This document shows positions 34,741-47,486 of a stretch of 64,000 nucleotides of DNA, piece by piece. The position numbers and the translations under genes were made by a program. The DNA is from Octopus sinensis (Eukaryota): positions 26,226,001 through 26,290,000 of the forward strand of contig NC_042998.1 in the NCBI RefSeq assembly GCF_006345805.1, written 5' to 3'. A model generated the notes under the pieces. It worked only from the letters and a program-made list of their open reading frames with translations, did no database searches and was not told the DNA's origin. The number at the start of each line of letters is the position of its first letter. Within the stretch, counting starts at the first letter, position 1.

Positions 34741-34789
<49 letters not shown>

Positions 34790-34790
34790 T

Positions 34791-34932
34791 GGCAGAATGT
34801 CCCAAGTTGGCACAGAAAGAATATAAGTAATGGAAGCACCACCAGATTGTAAAAGTTATACACTGGAAACTGTACCAGAAATGGGGATATGAAGCTGGAA
34901 ACACCTGGTATAATCAGCAAGTCAAAAGAGTA
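34791..34932 (+). mobile_element. R4/Dong-type internal fragment (zinc-knuckle/RHD region)
   Basis: CPKLAQKEYK..HQIVKVIHWKLYQKW/GNTWYNQQV parallels 16006-16299. Confidence 0.65.
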
Positions 34933-34933
34933 C

Positions 34934-35025
<92 letters not shown>

Positions 35026-35106
35026 TAATAATAATGATAATAATAATAATAACAACAACAACAATAATAATAACAATATTAATAACAATAATAATAATAA
35101 TAATAG

Positions 35107-35141
<35 letters not shown>

Positions 35142-35202
35142 TAATAATAACAATAATAATAGTAATAATAATAACAATAATAATAACAATAATAATAACA
35201 AT
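34932..35202. repeat. (TAA)n/(CAA)n microsatellite
   Basis: Direct reading. Confidence 0.95.
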
Positions 35203-35974
35203 GATTTCTTTTATTTGCCACCAGGGTGAAGGATGAGAGGGACAATGAAGTGTGGTGGGTTACATATAATGAAATGATTAGATATATAAATAACAAAAAA
35301 AAAGTATATATGGTGTACAATAAAAAAGAAATATACAGAATTACACAAAGGTTAAAAAAAGGAAAAGAAATGATAATGATGTAGTCCTCCTGATACAGGA
35401 GCTCCTCTAGGGATAATCTAGGAATCCTACTGTCCAAGATCCCTGAACACCAAGGGCAAGAGCCCCTCCAATTCCCTTTCTCTGACTCACAGGTCTATAT
35501 TTAGCAATAATAATAGTAATAATAATAATCCATTCTGCTATAGGTACAAAGCCTGAAATTTGGGGAAGAGGGCTAGTTGATTATATTGACCCCAGCACTC
35601 CATTGGGACTTTTTTTTTTATCCCAAAAGGATAAAAGGAAAAGTCGACCATGGCAGAGTTTGAACTCAGAATGTAAAGACAGACAAAGAGCATTTTGCCT
35701 GGTGTTCCAACTTAATAAGAATAATGATGATGATGATGATGAACCTTGGTGGAATTTGAACTCAGAATGTGGAATTGTAAGTCTGCTGAGCTATTAATTC
35801 TACCAACCTTTCACTCTGCATATTCTAATATAGCACAGGAGCACAGAAAAAGACATTCTGTTTGGTCTTTGACTGAAAAGATTAATGTACAGCTTAGTAG
35901 AAAATGAAGGATTGAGTTGAAAATCCAAGACAGAATCAAAGAAGTTTGTGAAAAATAGGAAAGATAACTTTTTG

Positions 35975-36280
35975 AAGCACCATCCAAACATGGTCAATGC
36001 CAGTGCCACTTTGACTGGCTTCTATGCCGGTGACATATAAAAAGCACCATGTGATCATGGTCGATGCCAGCTCCTGTGGCCCCCTATGCCGGTGGCACAT
36101 AAAAAGCACCCACTACACTCTCGGAGTGGTTGGTGTTAGGAAGGGCATCCAGCTGTAGAAACACTGCATGATCAGATTGGGGCCTGGTGCAGCCTCCTGG
36201 CTTCCCAGACCCCAGTCGAACCATTCAACCCATGCCAGCATGGAAAACAGATGTTAAACAATGATGATGATGATGATGAT
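35975..36280 (+). mobile_element. Family C (RTE 3' end)
   Basis: CACCCACTACACTCTCGGAGTGG..GGAAAACAGATGTTAAACAATGATGATG. Confidence 0.9.
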
Positions 36281-37600
36281 TTTAGCCATTAAAAAAATAC
36301 AAAAACTCCAGAATCTTAACACCTCAAGAAGTCAATTAAAAGTGAATTTAACAATTTTTGTATATTTTTACATGGTTAAAATGTTTTTTTTCACTTCGCA
36401 ATCAGCTTTCGTTTCAATACATGACTCCAAATTAAATAAGTACAATTTTCAAATTTTGGTTTTCCTTTTTTTGCATTTATAATAAAACATTTAGGTTTAC
36501 ACTAGTTTTCAATTTTTTGGCTGAGAATTAAAAAAGCAAGATCAAAGATTTAAAAATTGCTGCAAAATTTCTTTCATCCTGTCCGTATTCAACTTAAAAT
36601 CTTGCAGAGACAATCAGTCCTCTCATTATTGTGTATTATTTAAGAGAGAGCATAAGAAACAAATGGGAGATTGATGGGTCAAACACATGTGGAATAACAC
36701 TAAAATTCAAACTCCTCCATCTTCTGATAACAACTTTCAACACTTTTTCCCTTGTTAGTTTCTAAGTAGAAAGAAATAATTAGAGATTAGAGTGCACTCT
36801 GTGAATGATGAGAGTGAGAGAGAGAGAAGTCTTTTGTCAGGCAGACCAAGCAGAAAGCTTGCAAAATGAAAATATGTTCTTTTTTTTATACAAGTGGTTA
36901 TTCAGACATAAGAGCAATAGGGAAGAGTATTAAATGAAAACAAAAATAAATAAACAGCAAATGAAAGGAGAAAGAACTCGCACAAGTGAAAAAGGAATGG
37001 AGAAGATATAATAAAATGGAAAGAGCATTAATACGAAAATGTATGGATGGGAACTGGAATGAAAGAACGGAACAAAAAAGAGGAAAAAAAAATACTTTGT
37101 GTTTTTTTTTCTTTTTGCAATATAGCTGAAAGATTTGTGGTGCCATTTCATTTCCTTTATATTGCTAATGCCCTTGTAAAAGCATAAAGCCACGCATACA
37201 CACACACATACACACACACACACAGAGATACACGCAATTTCTCTAGAATAAAACCCAAGCCTGTCTAGAGGAGGCAAAAATTTGATGAATTATGATTTGA
37301 ATGACATATATAGAAAAGGAGAGGGATATTTCAAAATGGGGTCAAGTAAGCATAAAATGTGTAGAGTGAACAGTTAATCTAGGTGTCAGATCAACTCCGC
37401 CTCATCATCATCATCATCATCATTGTTTTGCCATGCCAGTATGGATCGGATAAAGGTTACTGAGAGAGTATTCTATGGACACGCGTCCTTCTTGATGCCA
37501 ACATCTGTTTGCAAATAAAAGTAATATATTTCATACCTTCACTTATTGAACTGCCGCTGGTCATTTGGTTTATGAAAGACATGAACTACATGAGTGTGTG

Positions 37601-37632
<32 letters not shown>

Positions 37633-37904
37633 ATATTGTTGGCCATTAAATCCATCAATGAGATGTAGAGGTGGTAGAGTGACATACAGCACATCTTAGG
37701 CACTTTGGACCACAGTCAAATCAGTTACCCCTAGAAGAAAAAAAAAAGACAGATAGAAAAAAAAAGAAAAAGTGATAGGGAAAAAGAAGAATTGATCATA
37801 GTGCAAAACTGATAGCTTATTTATTGACCCTTGAAAGGATGAAAAATAAAACTGAACCCAACATGATTTGAACTCGGTACAAAGCAATTAGTCCAATGCC
37901 TGAA

Positions 37905-38039
37905 TACAGAGAGAGAGACAGAGAGACAGAGAGATAGAGAGATAAATAGATAGATAGAGAGATAGATAGATAAATAGACAGATAGATAGACAGATAGACA
38001 GACAGAGAGATAGATACAGAGACAGACAGACAGACAGAC

Positions 38040-38085
<46 letters not shown>

Positions 38086-38095
38086 TTAGATAGAC
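37905..38095. repeat. (GA)/(GATA)/(GACA) compound microsatellite
   Basis: Direct reading. Confidence 0.95.
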
Positions 38096-38600
38096 AAGGT
38101 GCAGGCATGGTTGCGTGTTCATTTCAGAACCACACAGTTTGGTCCTACTGTGTGGAAGTCGTCAGTTGACATCCTTTACAATATCCACGGGCTGACAAGT
38201 TGCTTACCTCACTGTGAACTCTATATTACTGAACCTAGCCATTTCTGGCATCTTATGTGCTGATGTGCCTAGATTCTATTGAATCCTATAATTATGTGTG
38301 TGTATGTGTGTGTGTGTGTGAAAAGGTTGAATTATATTTCATCCTTTGATCTGGAAGAATCCAAAAACCAATTTCTAATTTAGATTCTTTATATTTTGCT
38401 GGTAGCTTACTGACATAAGTTTGCGAATATGAAAATAATACTTGTATATGGTGTGTTATATGAATTTATGGGATGGTATCCCATAAAACTCAACAATTTT
38501 GTTAAATTTTAACATCTTCTCTTCTCCATTTTTAACAAATTTGTTGAGTTTTAAAGGATACCATTCCATAAATTCACATAACACACCATATATATTTATG

Positions 38601-38636
<36 letters not shown>

Positions 38637-39404
38637 TATGACAGGCTACCATACAGTTTTTGTCAATCGACATTTCCCTTACAAGCCATTATTTAACTTT
38701 AAACTGCTGTAACAGAAGATACTTGCCCAAGGTGCCATGCTTTGGGTTGGAACTCAAAACCACATGTTTGTAAATGTAATGCTAACAGCTTTTTAGTAAA
38801 ATAAAAAAAAAATTGGCTTCTCACTACCCATGAGAGAAACTAATACACTGACATATGAATAAAAAAAGAGAGAAAAGGGCAAAAATATTTCAGCGCTTAT
38901 ATTTTTCTTAACTTGCTATTATTTAGCTTGTTTTATTTTAAACATACCAAAAATAGATAACATTTTCTAGGCTGGAGTAAAACATACTTAACTTACGTAA
39001 TAACCTTGATAATTGGTAGTCTGAAGACTTAAAGCTTGAGATGTAGACTCAGTTGGATGTTTCACTTTAGTTTACACTCCTAATCAATGTCAAATGGATA
39101 AACTAATGGAAATCTCTTATGCTAACAGAGACTGAACTTTCTTCTGATATTCAACACATTTACTGACAAGGCTATATTGACAACTTTCTTTTCTACCTGC
39201 TGTTATTTATCACTGTTAAGTTTCAGATAGCTATTCTTTTAACCCTTTCAATAGCAACACATCCAATACTGCTCGTATTAAAAGTGTTCATATATTCAAT
39301 GTGAATCTTGAATGGAGTCTTGTTAAATATGAATGCTAGCGTAAGATTTCAGTAGGTGAACATCATTTTTTTTTCTCCATATCTTCTTACTTTTTCTACC
39401 TTTT

Positions 39405-39790
39405 GATTTGCTTCAGTCATGAGACTGTGGCCAAGCTGGGGCACCACCATGAAGAATTTTAGTCAAATAAATCGACACACTTTTGAAACCTGGCACTTAT
39501 ATTTTTTTCCGATTAGATGTGTTTGAGATGAGATGTTTGTGGGCTATGGTTGGCGTGACACAGATGGACAGGGTGAGGAATGAGGAGGTGCAAAGATGAG
39601 CAGGAATGAGAGAAAAACTAATGACCAAATTGATCTTTTTTGCTGAACTGCTAATTTAGCAGGACATAAACACACTATCGCTGGTCGTCAAGGGTAGTCA
39701 GGGACAAGCATTGATACAAAGACACATACACTCACACATACTCACAAACACACACACACACACACAACACACACACACTCACACACACAT
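39405..39790 (-). mobile_element. SINE family A 3' half, diverged, with internal insertion
   Basis: TTCAGTCATGAGACTGTGGCC..TTTTTGCTGAACTGCTAA..(CA)n. Confidence 0.65.
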
Positions 39791-40251
39791 ACATAAATGT
39801 TGACCGATGAAAATAAGTGCTCAACACCACATTGGTGGATAAAATTTCTTTATTTGTGAATTAAGGCTACTATTGGTTTCATGTTAAGAAAAATAGGAAA
39901 ATATCCTAGTGTCTTAACAATTTTTCAAGCCAATCACACGGGGAAAGGTGTTTGCCTCCATTTTGGAAAACACGCCCTCATTTAGTTCGTGAAGATTCTC
40001 ATGAATTCACATGATTAAAACAATGAATCAATGAATCAAGGAATGTTACTCTTGGGTGGCATCTTTTTGATGTTTGTTTCCCTTGGATTTGTCTTTTACC
40101 CCAATGACAAACTACCTCAGCACACAAGTATAAGAACACCATGCCCAGGGAAAAAACAAAATAATGCAAACAAATTGACCACACAACAATTTGTCCAAAA
40201 AACAAAGCAGAAACTCAGTTTCCATCTGTCAACGTTGCACATAAGTTACTA

Positions 40252-41499
40252 TCAGGTCATTCCATAAGTTCTGTTCAAATTTTGAATAAAGAAAACAGGT
40301 GATCAAATGTTATATTTAATTGAAATTTAATCATCAATGTACTTTCCCTGATTATCTTCCTTTTTAATCCCATCAATGTAAAACTCTTTTGGTTTCAAAG
40401 CGAAAAACTCTGAAATGTCAGTTTCGACCTCCTCCTGGCTTGCGAAAGTTATGTCCCCCAAATGATTCTGTAAACAACAAAACAAATGGTAGTCTGAAGG
40501 AGCAAGGTTGGGAGAATAAGGTGGATGAGGAATTTTTTCCCAACCAAGCTCTTTGATCTTCTGTGATATGATCTTTGCAGTATGGGGTCAGACATTGTCC
40601 TGATGAAACATCACTCCTTTTCAATTCACTAAACTGGGTCTTTTTTTCTTCAAAGCTTGGTTCAAACACTCTTATTGCTGACAGTAGACTTGAGCATTGA
40701 TTGTTGCATTAGGTGGTAACAATTCAAAGTAAATTACTTCTTTGCAATCCCACCAGATAAAGAGAAGAACCTTTTTCCCATGAAGTTCCCTTCTCAGTTG
40801 TGGTTAAGCTTTTTCCCTTTTACCAAGCCACTGTTTATGACGTTTAACATTTCAACAGAAGATCCATTTCTAATCACCAGTCACAAGTCTAGACAAAAAG
40901 GTTGAAATGAGAAGAGCAGATGTCAACTCAGGATTTGTGGTTGCTTTCGGACAATTCATGAAGCACCTGTTTTCCAAGTTTAGGAACCTTTTCAAGTTGT
41001 TGAAGATGATGATGAACAGTTGTATGGTTTGAACTAAGTTTTATTGCCAATTCTTCAACTGATAATGCAGGATTTTCTTCAAGTAATACCTCAAGGAACT
41101 TATCATCAAACTCAACTGGACGTCCTGTTTGATCTTTACCTTCAAGGCTGAAATCTCCACTTCTGAATTTTGCAAACCATCTTCTGCAAGTTTTTTTCAT
41201 TCAAGCATCCTTTCCCATAAACCGAGTGTATATTTTGAGTCACTTCGGCTACAGAGTTTCATTTTTTGTACTCATAAAGCATTATGTGCCACAAATGCTC
41301 TTTGAATACTTCCATGTTAGAAAAGGTTTTAATCAAAGAATTTTTAATTCTATTATTCTGTAAATTAATATTTAATTAGTTTAAATGTACACAAATGCAT
41401 AAAAATAATTTTTAATTCCATTAGACATTCTAAAATACTATTAAATTTCATTCAATTTTAAAAAAGGTAAAATCGGACAGAACTTATGGAATGACCTGA
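40252..41499 (-). mobile_element. Full-length decayed mariner (DD34D-type) transposon
   Basis: Perfect 23-bp TIR TCAGGTCATTCCATAAGTTCTGT, TA at both ends, 1248 bp; fragments RRWFAKFRSGDFSL..GRP, KKVLLFIWWD..VIYFELL, HQDN, HPPYSPNLAPSDYHLF with stops and frameshifts. Confidence 0.92.
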
Positions 41500-42367
41500 T
41501 AGTTGGCCCAGGTCAGCCAAGGTGTCACACAGCAGAACCGAACCCCAAACCATATAGCTGCAAAGCAAACTTCTTAACCATACATCCATGCTTGCATGTA
41601 TCTATATACCAATAAATAAAACCATTGCATATATTTTACTAAAACCCTGTAAATTTTCAGTTATTTCAAAAATTATCTGAAATATACAAAGACAGTAATC
41701 TTATCAGAAATATAGTCACGAAAGGCACAGTAAAGGAAAAACAGTTTGTTTTCCCTTTATTTTAGTTTGTTTTATAGCTGAACGAAAGCAAACTGGAAAC
41801 ATATCCATATCAGTAAATATCAGTAAAATAATTTAACTTGAAGCAGAATTTATTTTGTAGAAATGTTTTGTTTTGGAGGTGTTTTTTGTTGGGTTTTTTT
41901 TTTTCACACATTTTGGGTTTTTTTTTTATACATAATTGTGTTTATAGCTTTTGTTGTTTTGTTTTTGCTATTTGGCAGAGTTAAGAACAAAATAACCCTG
42001 TACATTATACAAAATGCAACATTACATGACAGAAACAATTACATCCGCAAAGATAAAAGTAAAAATTCTAAATTTTCTGCTGCCTTCTTGAAATTTAGAT
42101 GAATACAGGACATCAAAAATAGCATTTTTAAGTTGAAGATATTAGTTTTGATAGTGACTAAGTTCAGTGATATATTACACATAGTGAACCTTTTAATAAA
42201 ATACAGTCAAACAGAGTTTTATCAAAATAAATGTTGTTTAAATTAGAAAGTAAATAGTTTATAAATGGAGCAGGAATATGAAATGAACGGAAGTCATGTA
42301 ATATGTTTTGTGTTCTCTTCTATGAATATATGAGTATTTAAGTCTGATTGGTATCTGTATCATAGAT

Positions 42368-42598
42368 GGCGGCGAGCTGGCAGAACCGTTAGCATGCAGG
42401 GCGAAATGCTTAGTGGTATTTCGCCTGCCGTTAAGTTCTGAGTTCAAATTCTGCCGAGGTCGACTTTGTTTTTCATCCTTTCGGGGTTAATTAAATAAGT
42501 ACCAGTTACGCACTGGGGTCGATATAATTGACTTAATCTGTTTGTCTGTCCTTGTTTGTCCTCTTTGTGTTTAGCCCCTTGTGGGTAGTAAAGAAATA
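42368..42598 (+). mobile_element. SINE family B, full length
   Basis: Consensus match; GGTATCTGTATC occurs on both flanks (TSD-like). Confidence 0.9.
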
Positions 42599-43935
42599 GG
42601 TATCTGTATCGTGGTGGTGGTGGGACTAGGGGACTGTGGCTTAGTGGTTTGAAGTATTGGGCTCGTGATCATGTCAATGGGTTCAATTCCTGGACTGGGT
42701 TACACATTCTGTCCTTGAGCAAGAAAACTTTATTTCGTGTTACTTCAGTTGTAAACAAGAACCACCTCAGTACTGGTACAGCTATCTTTCTCTCTCTCTC
42801 TCTCTCTCTCTCCTTGGGTAAGTTTACAACAAAAATCCCAGGAAAACTAAAGCCTTTGGATTTGGTGGTAGGCAGAAACTGAAAACTGAAATAACTCAGT
42901 CCTGTATACATGCCTCTGTGTGTGTGTGTGTGTGTGAGTATTGCCCTGTATTGACATTACATGACAGCAATAAACAATTGCTACCATGTGTGTATGTGTG
43001 TGTGTAAATAAATAAATATAAATATATTTATTAAATAAATATATATTTGTGTGCCTATGTGTGTCTGTGTTTGTCCTTTATGTGTCTGTGTTTGTGCTCC
43101 CACCATCATTTGACAACCGGTGTTGGTGTGTTTACACCCCTGTAACTTAGCGTTTGAGAATTTAAAATCACTTCTTTAACTTTCTAAGACATCTCAGTAC
43201 TTCTAAAGCAAACTTCGTTTGTTTGTTTATTGATCACTGTACAATAAATATATACATATTTAGATATTTATCTGACCAAGCTGAAAGGTATGATGATTCA
43301 TTCTCAGACCTTATTACCTTGCAAGGTTTTTCCTGTTGTTGTTGTCGTCTAATCCAAGGTCAATCGTGATCAAGTAGACCTATGATCAAAGGCATTCTAA
43401 CCATGGCACTCCCGTCTTGGTTCCAGGAATCTTGTATCCAGGACCACATTTGTCAATGTCTTCTTGTTACAAGGTGATAGGGTTGTGATCTGAGGAAGAT
43501 TTGGCTGCTATTTATAGCATGTCAAGTGACTATAAAAACGCTCCTTCACTGACATAACAGCTACGTTTATGACTAAAGTTTTTATTTCTAGCCAGTTTTG
43601 TCCTCCAGGCTCCACAATAGTCCAGTAATTTAAAGAGGAATCTACCAATGCAAATAATTGCACTAATATATAATTAACAGTATAATTAGCAAGTGTTTTA
43701 TTATTATGGTGTTTAACTTGAAGCCCTCCTAAGAATCTGAAGAAGGCATCAGGAAACTGTCCCAGTATTCAGTCTCAGTTCAGTGTTTCCAATTATCTCC
43801 TGTAACCTTGTAATTAGGATCTGTATTTAATTATGAGCCAGTATGTGATGCCTGTCCTACGTAGGGAGTACTGAAAAGTTCCTGGCTTTGGGTAAACAAA
43901 AAAACAGGAAGATTATGATTTTATTCAACATATTA

Positions 43936-44100
43936 GGCATAGGAGTGGCTGTGTGGTAAGTAGCTTGCTTATGAACCACATGGTTCTGGGTTCAGTCTCA
44001 CTGCAAGGCACCTTGGGCAAGTGTCTTCTGCTATAGCCTCGGGCTGACCAAAACCTTGTGAGTAGATTTGGTAGACAGAAACTGAAAAAAGCCTGTCGTA

Positions 44101-44151
<51 letters not shown>

Positions 44152-44258
44152 GTATGTATATGTTTGTGTGTCTGTGTTTGTCCCCCCAACATCGCTTGAC
44201 AACCGATGGTGGTGTGTTTACATCCCTGTAACTTAGCGGTTCAGCAAAAGAAACCAAT
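43936..44258 (+). mobile_element. SINE family A, 3' end clipped
   Basis: Abuts a reversed E head at 44268. Confidence 0.85.
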
Positions 44259-44267
44259 GGAGCTTTT

Positions 44268-44370
44268 AAGGTGTTTTCGCTCAATAAACACTCACAACGC
44301 CCGGTCTGGGAATCGAAACCGCGATCCTATGACCGCGAGTCCACTGCCCTAACCACTGGGCCATTGCGCC
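44268..44370 (-). mobile_element. SINE family E head fragment
   Basis: GGTGTTTTCGCTCAATAAACACTCAC..GGGCCATTGCGCC. Confidence 0.85.
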
Positions 44371-44371
44371 T

Positions 44372-44572
44372 TGAAATTGGTCATATTTGGTCTAAATATT
44401 CCACATTTTGCATTCAAACTAGCCAGATCTTGCCTCTCACACTTATCCTACACTGTTATTTTTTAAATAAGCAATCACATCATCATAATACTTGACCTAT
44501 GAGACTAATTCATGACAATGTGAATAAACGAATATTGCATTTAACAGAGTAATCTGAATGCCAAAGGGTTAC
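44372..44572. mobile_element. Possible piggyBac-type MITE end
   Basis: Ends CTGAATGCCAAAGGGTTA, resembling a TTAA-CCCTTT terminus; other end not found. Confidence 0.3.
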
Positions 44573-45525
44573 AACACCTTATTCCACAAAGAACAAACTA
44601 ATTACTTCCTTTTTGTATTTGGTTTGCAAGATTCCTGATGTGAATTCATGTGTTCAAACAAATTTTGGTATGTCTTGGGAAGGTCATTACACCAATAAGA
44701 ATAATAAACACACACACTGGTTCAATATCCATTCCCAGACACAACTAAATAATTTTAGTTGACATTAACAAAATTTCTCTTTACCATTGACAGCAGCACA
44801 TATTATTTTACATCTACATAGAATTTTAAAAAATAATATCCTAAATTATATGCTTTCCCTTTTTTTTTTTAAGAGTGAAGGTTAAATAAAGCAGGAAATT
44901 AGCACCACTAATTTTTAATCTTCTTATATCCAGTAAGCATTGAAATGGATTTGTGCCAGATGGTGAAATGATGTAGTTAGCAAATATACCATTCTAATAT
45001 TTGTAGCTTATAAAGAACTTTATACCCATGATAACAGATTTTTTTTTTTTAATCTAGCCAACAGTTAAATATGATATTAAAACATACAGTTCTAATATTT
45101 GAGGCATGAAAAGAAATTTGTACACACGATACTGATTTTTTAACTTAGCCGAGAGATAAATATGATATTAAATATTGTTGAAATTTAAATGTTAACAACT
45201 GAGGCAAACATTTTAAACATTAATCTAGCCTAAACTGCATGAACTTTTATGAAGATTTTTACTTTCGCTTTCTAAAATTTTTTTAAAAATTTTATTTTTG
45301 AATGTTCACAAAACAAAGTACAACGAAACAAAAACTGTACAGTTCACTGACAATTTTTATTTGATTTTAATTTTAACTTTTATTATTATTTTTTTTTTAG
45401 TCTTAGATTCTGACCAATAAAATCTACTGTTCCTCATGTGTAATTTCCATGTGGGATTACATTCACATTTATTAATCATTTTTAAAATGTAGACACATAA
45501 AAGAAAGTAAATAAATAAAATAATT

Positions 45526-45699
45526 AGGCGCAAGAGTGGCTGTGTGGTAAGTAGCTTGCTTACCAACCACATGGTTCCGGGTTCAGTCCCACTACGTGGC
45601 ATCTTGGGCAAGTGTCTTCTGCTATAGCCCCGGGCCAACCAATGCCTTGTGAGTGGATTTGGTAGACGGAAACTGAAAGAAGCCCACCGTATATATGTG

Positions 45700-45736
<37 letters not shown>

Positions 45737-45940
45737 TTGTGTGTCTGTGTTTGTCCCCCTAGCTTTGCTTGACAACTGATGCTGGTGTGTTTACGTCCCC
45801 GTCACTTAGCGGTTCAGCAAAAAGAGACCGATAGAATAAGTACTGGGCTTAAAAGAATAAGTCCCGGGGTCGAGTTGCTTGATTAAAGGCAGTGCTCCAG
45901 CATGGCCACAGTCAAATGACTGAAACAAGTAAAAGAAAAG
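45526..45940 (+). mobile_element. SINE family A, full length
   Basis: Consensus match. Confidence 0.9.
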
Positions 45941-46139
45941 AAAAACCCTCTGTTGGTTTCTGGCTGTTTGACCAAGTGAACTACCGCCTCATTCAATTAG
46001 AGTATAAGTAGTTGAATATTCCATAGGCATTGAAACCTTTAATTCTGACTGCAAAGAATTAACTTGGCAGAGTGTGACAAGGCTGGCTCTTTCAATTACA
46101 TGCAGAGTATATCCTCTGAGCATCTGTATGTTATCTGTA

Positions 46140-46615
46140 TGCATAAGCTCTGGTCATTAAATCTAAGTAGAGACATCAAACTTGAAATCTTCAAAGCCAC
46201 AGTCGAACCAATTCTACTATATGGCTCAGAAACCTGGACGTTATCAAAGAAGCTTGAGAGGCGGTTGGATGGAACCTACACTCGCCTCCTTATGAGAGCT
46301 CAAAATCTCTCGTGGAAGCGCCATCCAACCAAAATGCAAATATATGGGAAACTACCACCTGTGTCATCTCTTGTGAAAGGTAGGAGAGTCCAGTTTGCTG
46401 GACATTGTTGTAGAGCTGAAAAAGAAGTAATTTCTACTCTTCTCCTCTGGAAGCCATCTGCTCGCAATACCAGAGGGCGCACACTCTCCTACCCTGATGT
46501 AATCTCCAGGGATACAGGCATCCAGCAACAGGACCTCCGTCAAGTCTGGCGTAGCATGGTAAATTCCATTGTCTCGACCACGGTCGAACAATGATGTTGA
46601 CGATGTTATCACAAC
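46140..46615 (+). mobile_element. 5'-truncated RTE LINE (second subfamily), RT thumb and C-terminus
   Basis: KLEIFKATVEPILLYGSETWTLSKKLERRLDGTYTRLLMRAQN..RRVQFAGHC..; GAT-like tail. The first ~25 residues of ORF 46064 are an abutting reversed SINE E tail. Confidence 0.88.
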
Positions 46616-46744
46616 ATCTATCAACCCAATTGAAAATGTTTAAGTAATAATTATAATAGAGAAGATATGAAATACAGAGTGAAGTGGAGGAATGAAAACA
46701 GATGTGAGATACGTAAGGATATTGCTTAACCATTTTCTGGCATT

Positions 46745-46791
46745 GTCTCTGATAAAGGATATATAAAATATCCCGGAAACAGTTGTAAGAC
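46745..46791 (+). ncRNA. Degenerate minimal type I hammerhead-like motif
   Basis: GUCU-CUGAUAA-A-GGAUAU(AUAAA)AUAUCC-CG-GAAAC-AGUU-GUA-AGAC: perfect stems I and II, AC/GU stem III, GUA triplet; G8 is A. Confidence 0.6.
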
Positions 46792-46973
46792 CCTCTCTTT
46801 AAAGATGTTCTGAAATCTTTCGCAGCCTTTGATTTTTATCTCATTTTGTGAATTTTATATATATATATATATATATGTAAAATTGAATAAGGGTAGAAAT
46901 TGATATTAATCAATTAAAACCAGTGGCCTAGCAGATTTAAAAAATCCAAAGATTAAAAATATTTTTTACATAC

Positions 46974-47205
46974 AAAATTTAAAGGACAGACCACTAAAAG
47001 TGGACAGTCAATATGCTAGATATAGACGTCAAAATCGCTATTTTCCACGAAGAATGTGTTCTCAAGAAAAAACTCAGCAAAAAGTGTACACTTTGGTTTT
47101 TGCTGAGTTTTTCCTTGAGAACACATTCTTCGTGGAAAATAGCGATTTTGATGCCTATATCTAGCATATTGACTGTCCACTTTTAGTGGTCTGTCCTTTA
47201 AATTT

Positions 47206-47206
<1 letters not shown>
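46974..47206. repeat. Near-perfect long inverted repeat: 110-bp arms, 13-nt loop
   Basis: 46974-47083 versus 47097-47206, three mismatches by eye. Confidence 0.95.
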
Positions 47207-47236
<30 letters not shown>

Positions 47237-47486
47237 AGCTGCTTCATGCTGTTGCTTGAAGTGGTTGAGGTCATCCCAGGCTAGTGGCCTCAGAGATGTC
47301 ATCACATGTAGAGCCTACCAGATTCACCAGTGCTCCCCATCACTGGCGATCTCATGCCAGCCCCTCCACATCCTCCAAGGTGACATTGAGCCTCTGGAGA
47401 TCTTCCCCAATCATGTCCAAAGGCTCATTTGAAACAAAAAAATATATAAATCTTCTCAAATGTTAATTAATATATGTGTAATGTGA

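Noticed and set aside
39229-39340. Segment with good acceptor and gtaaga donor
   Set aside because: All three frames hit a stop before the donor; it also contains a TTAACCCTTT transposon-like word.
43733-43765. CTGAAGAAGGC..GAAACTGTC hammerhead-like words
   Set aside because: Stem II cannot close and flanks do not form stem I.
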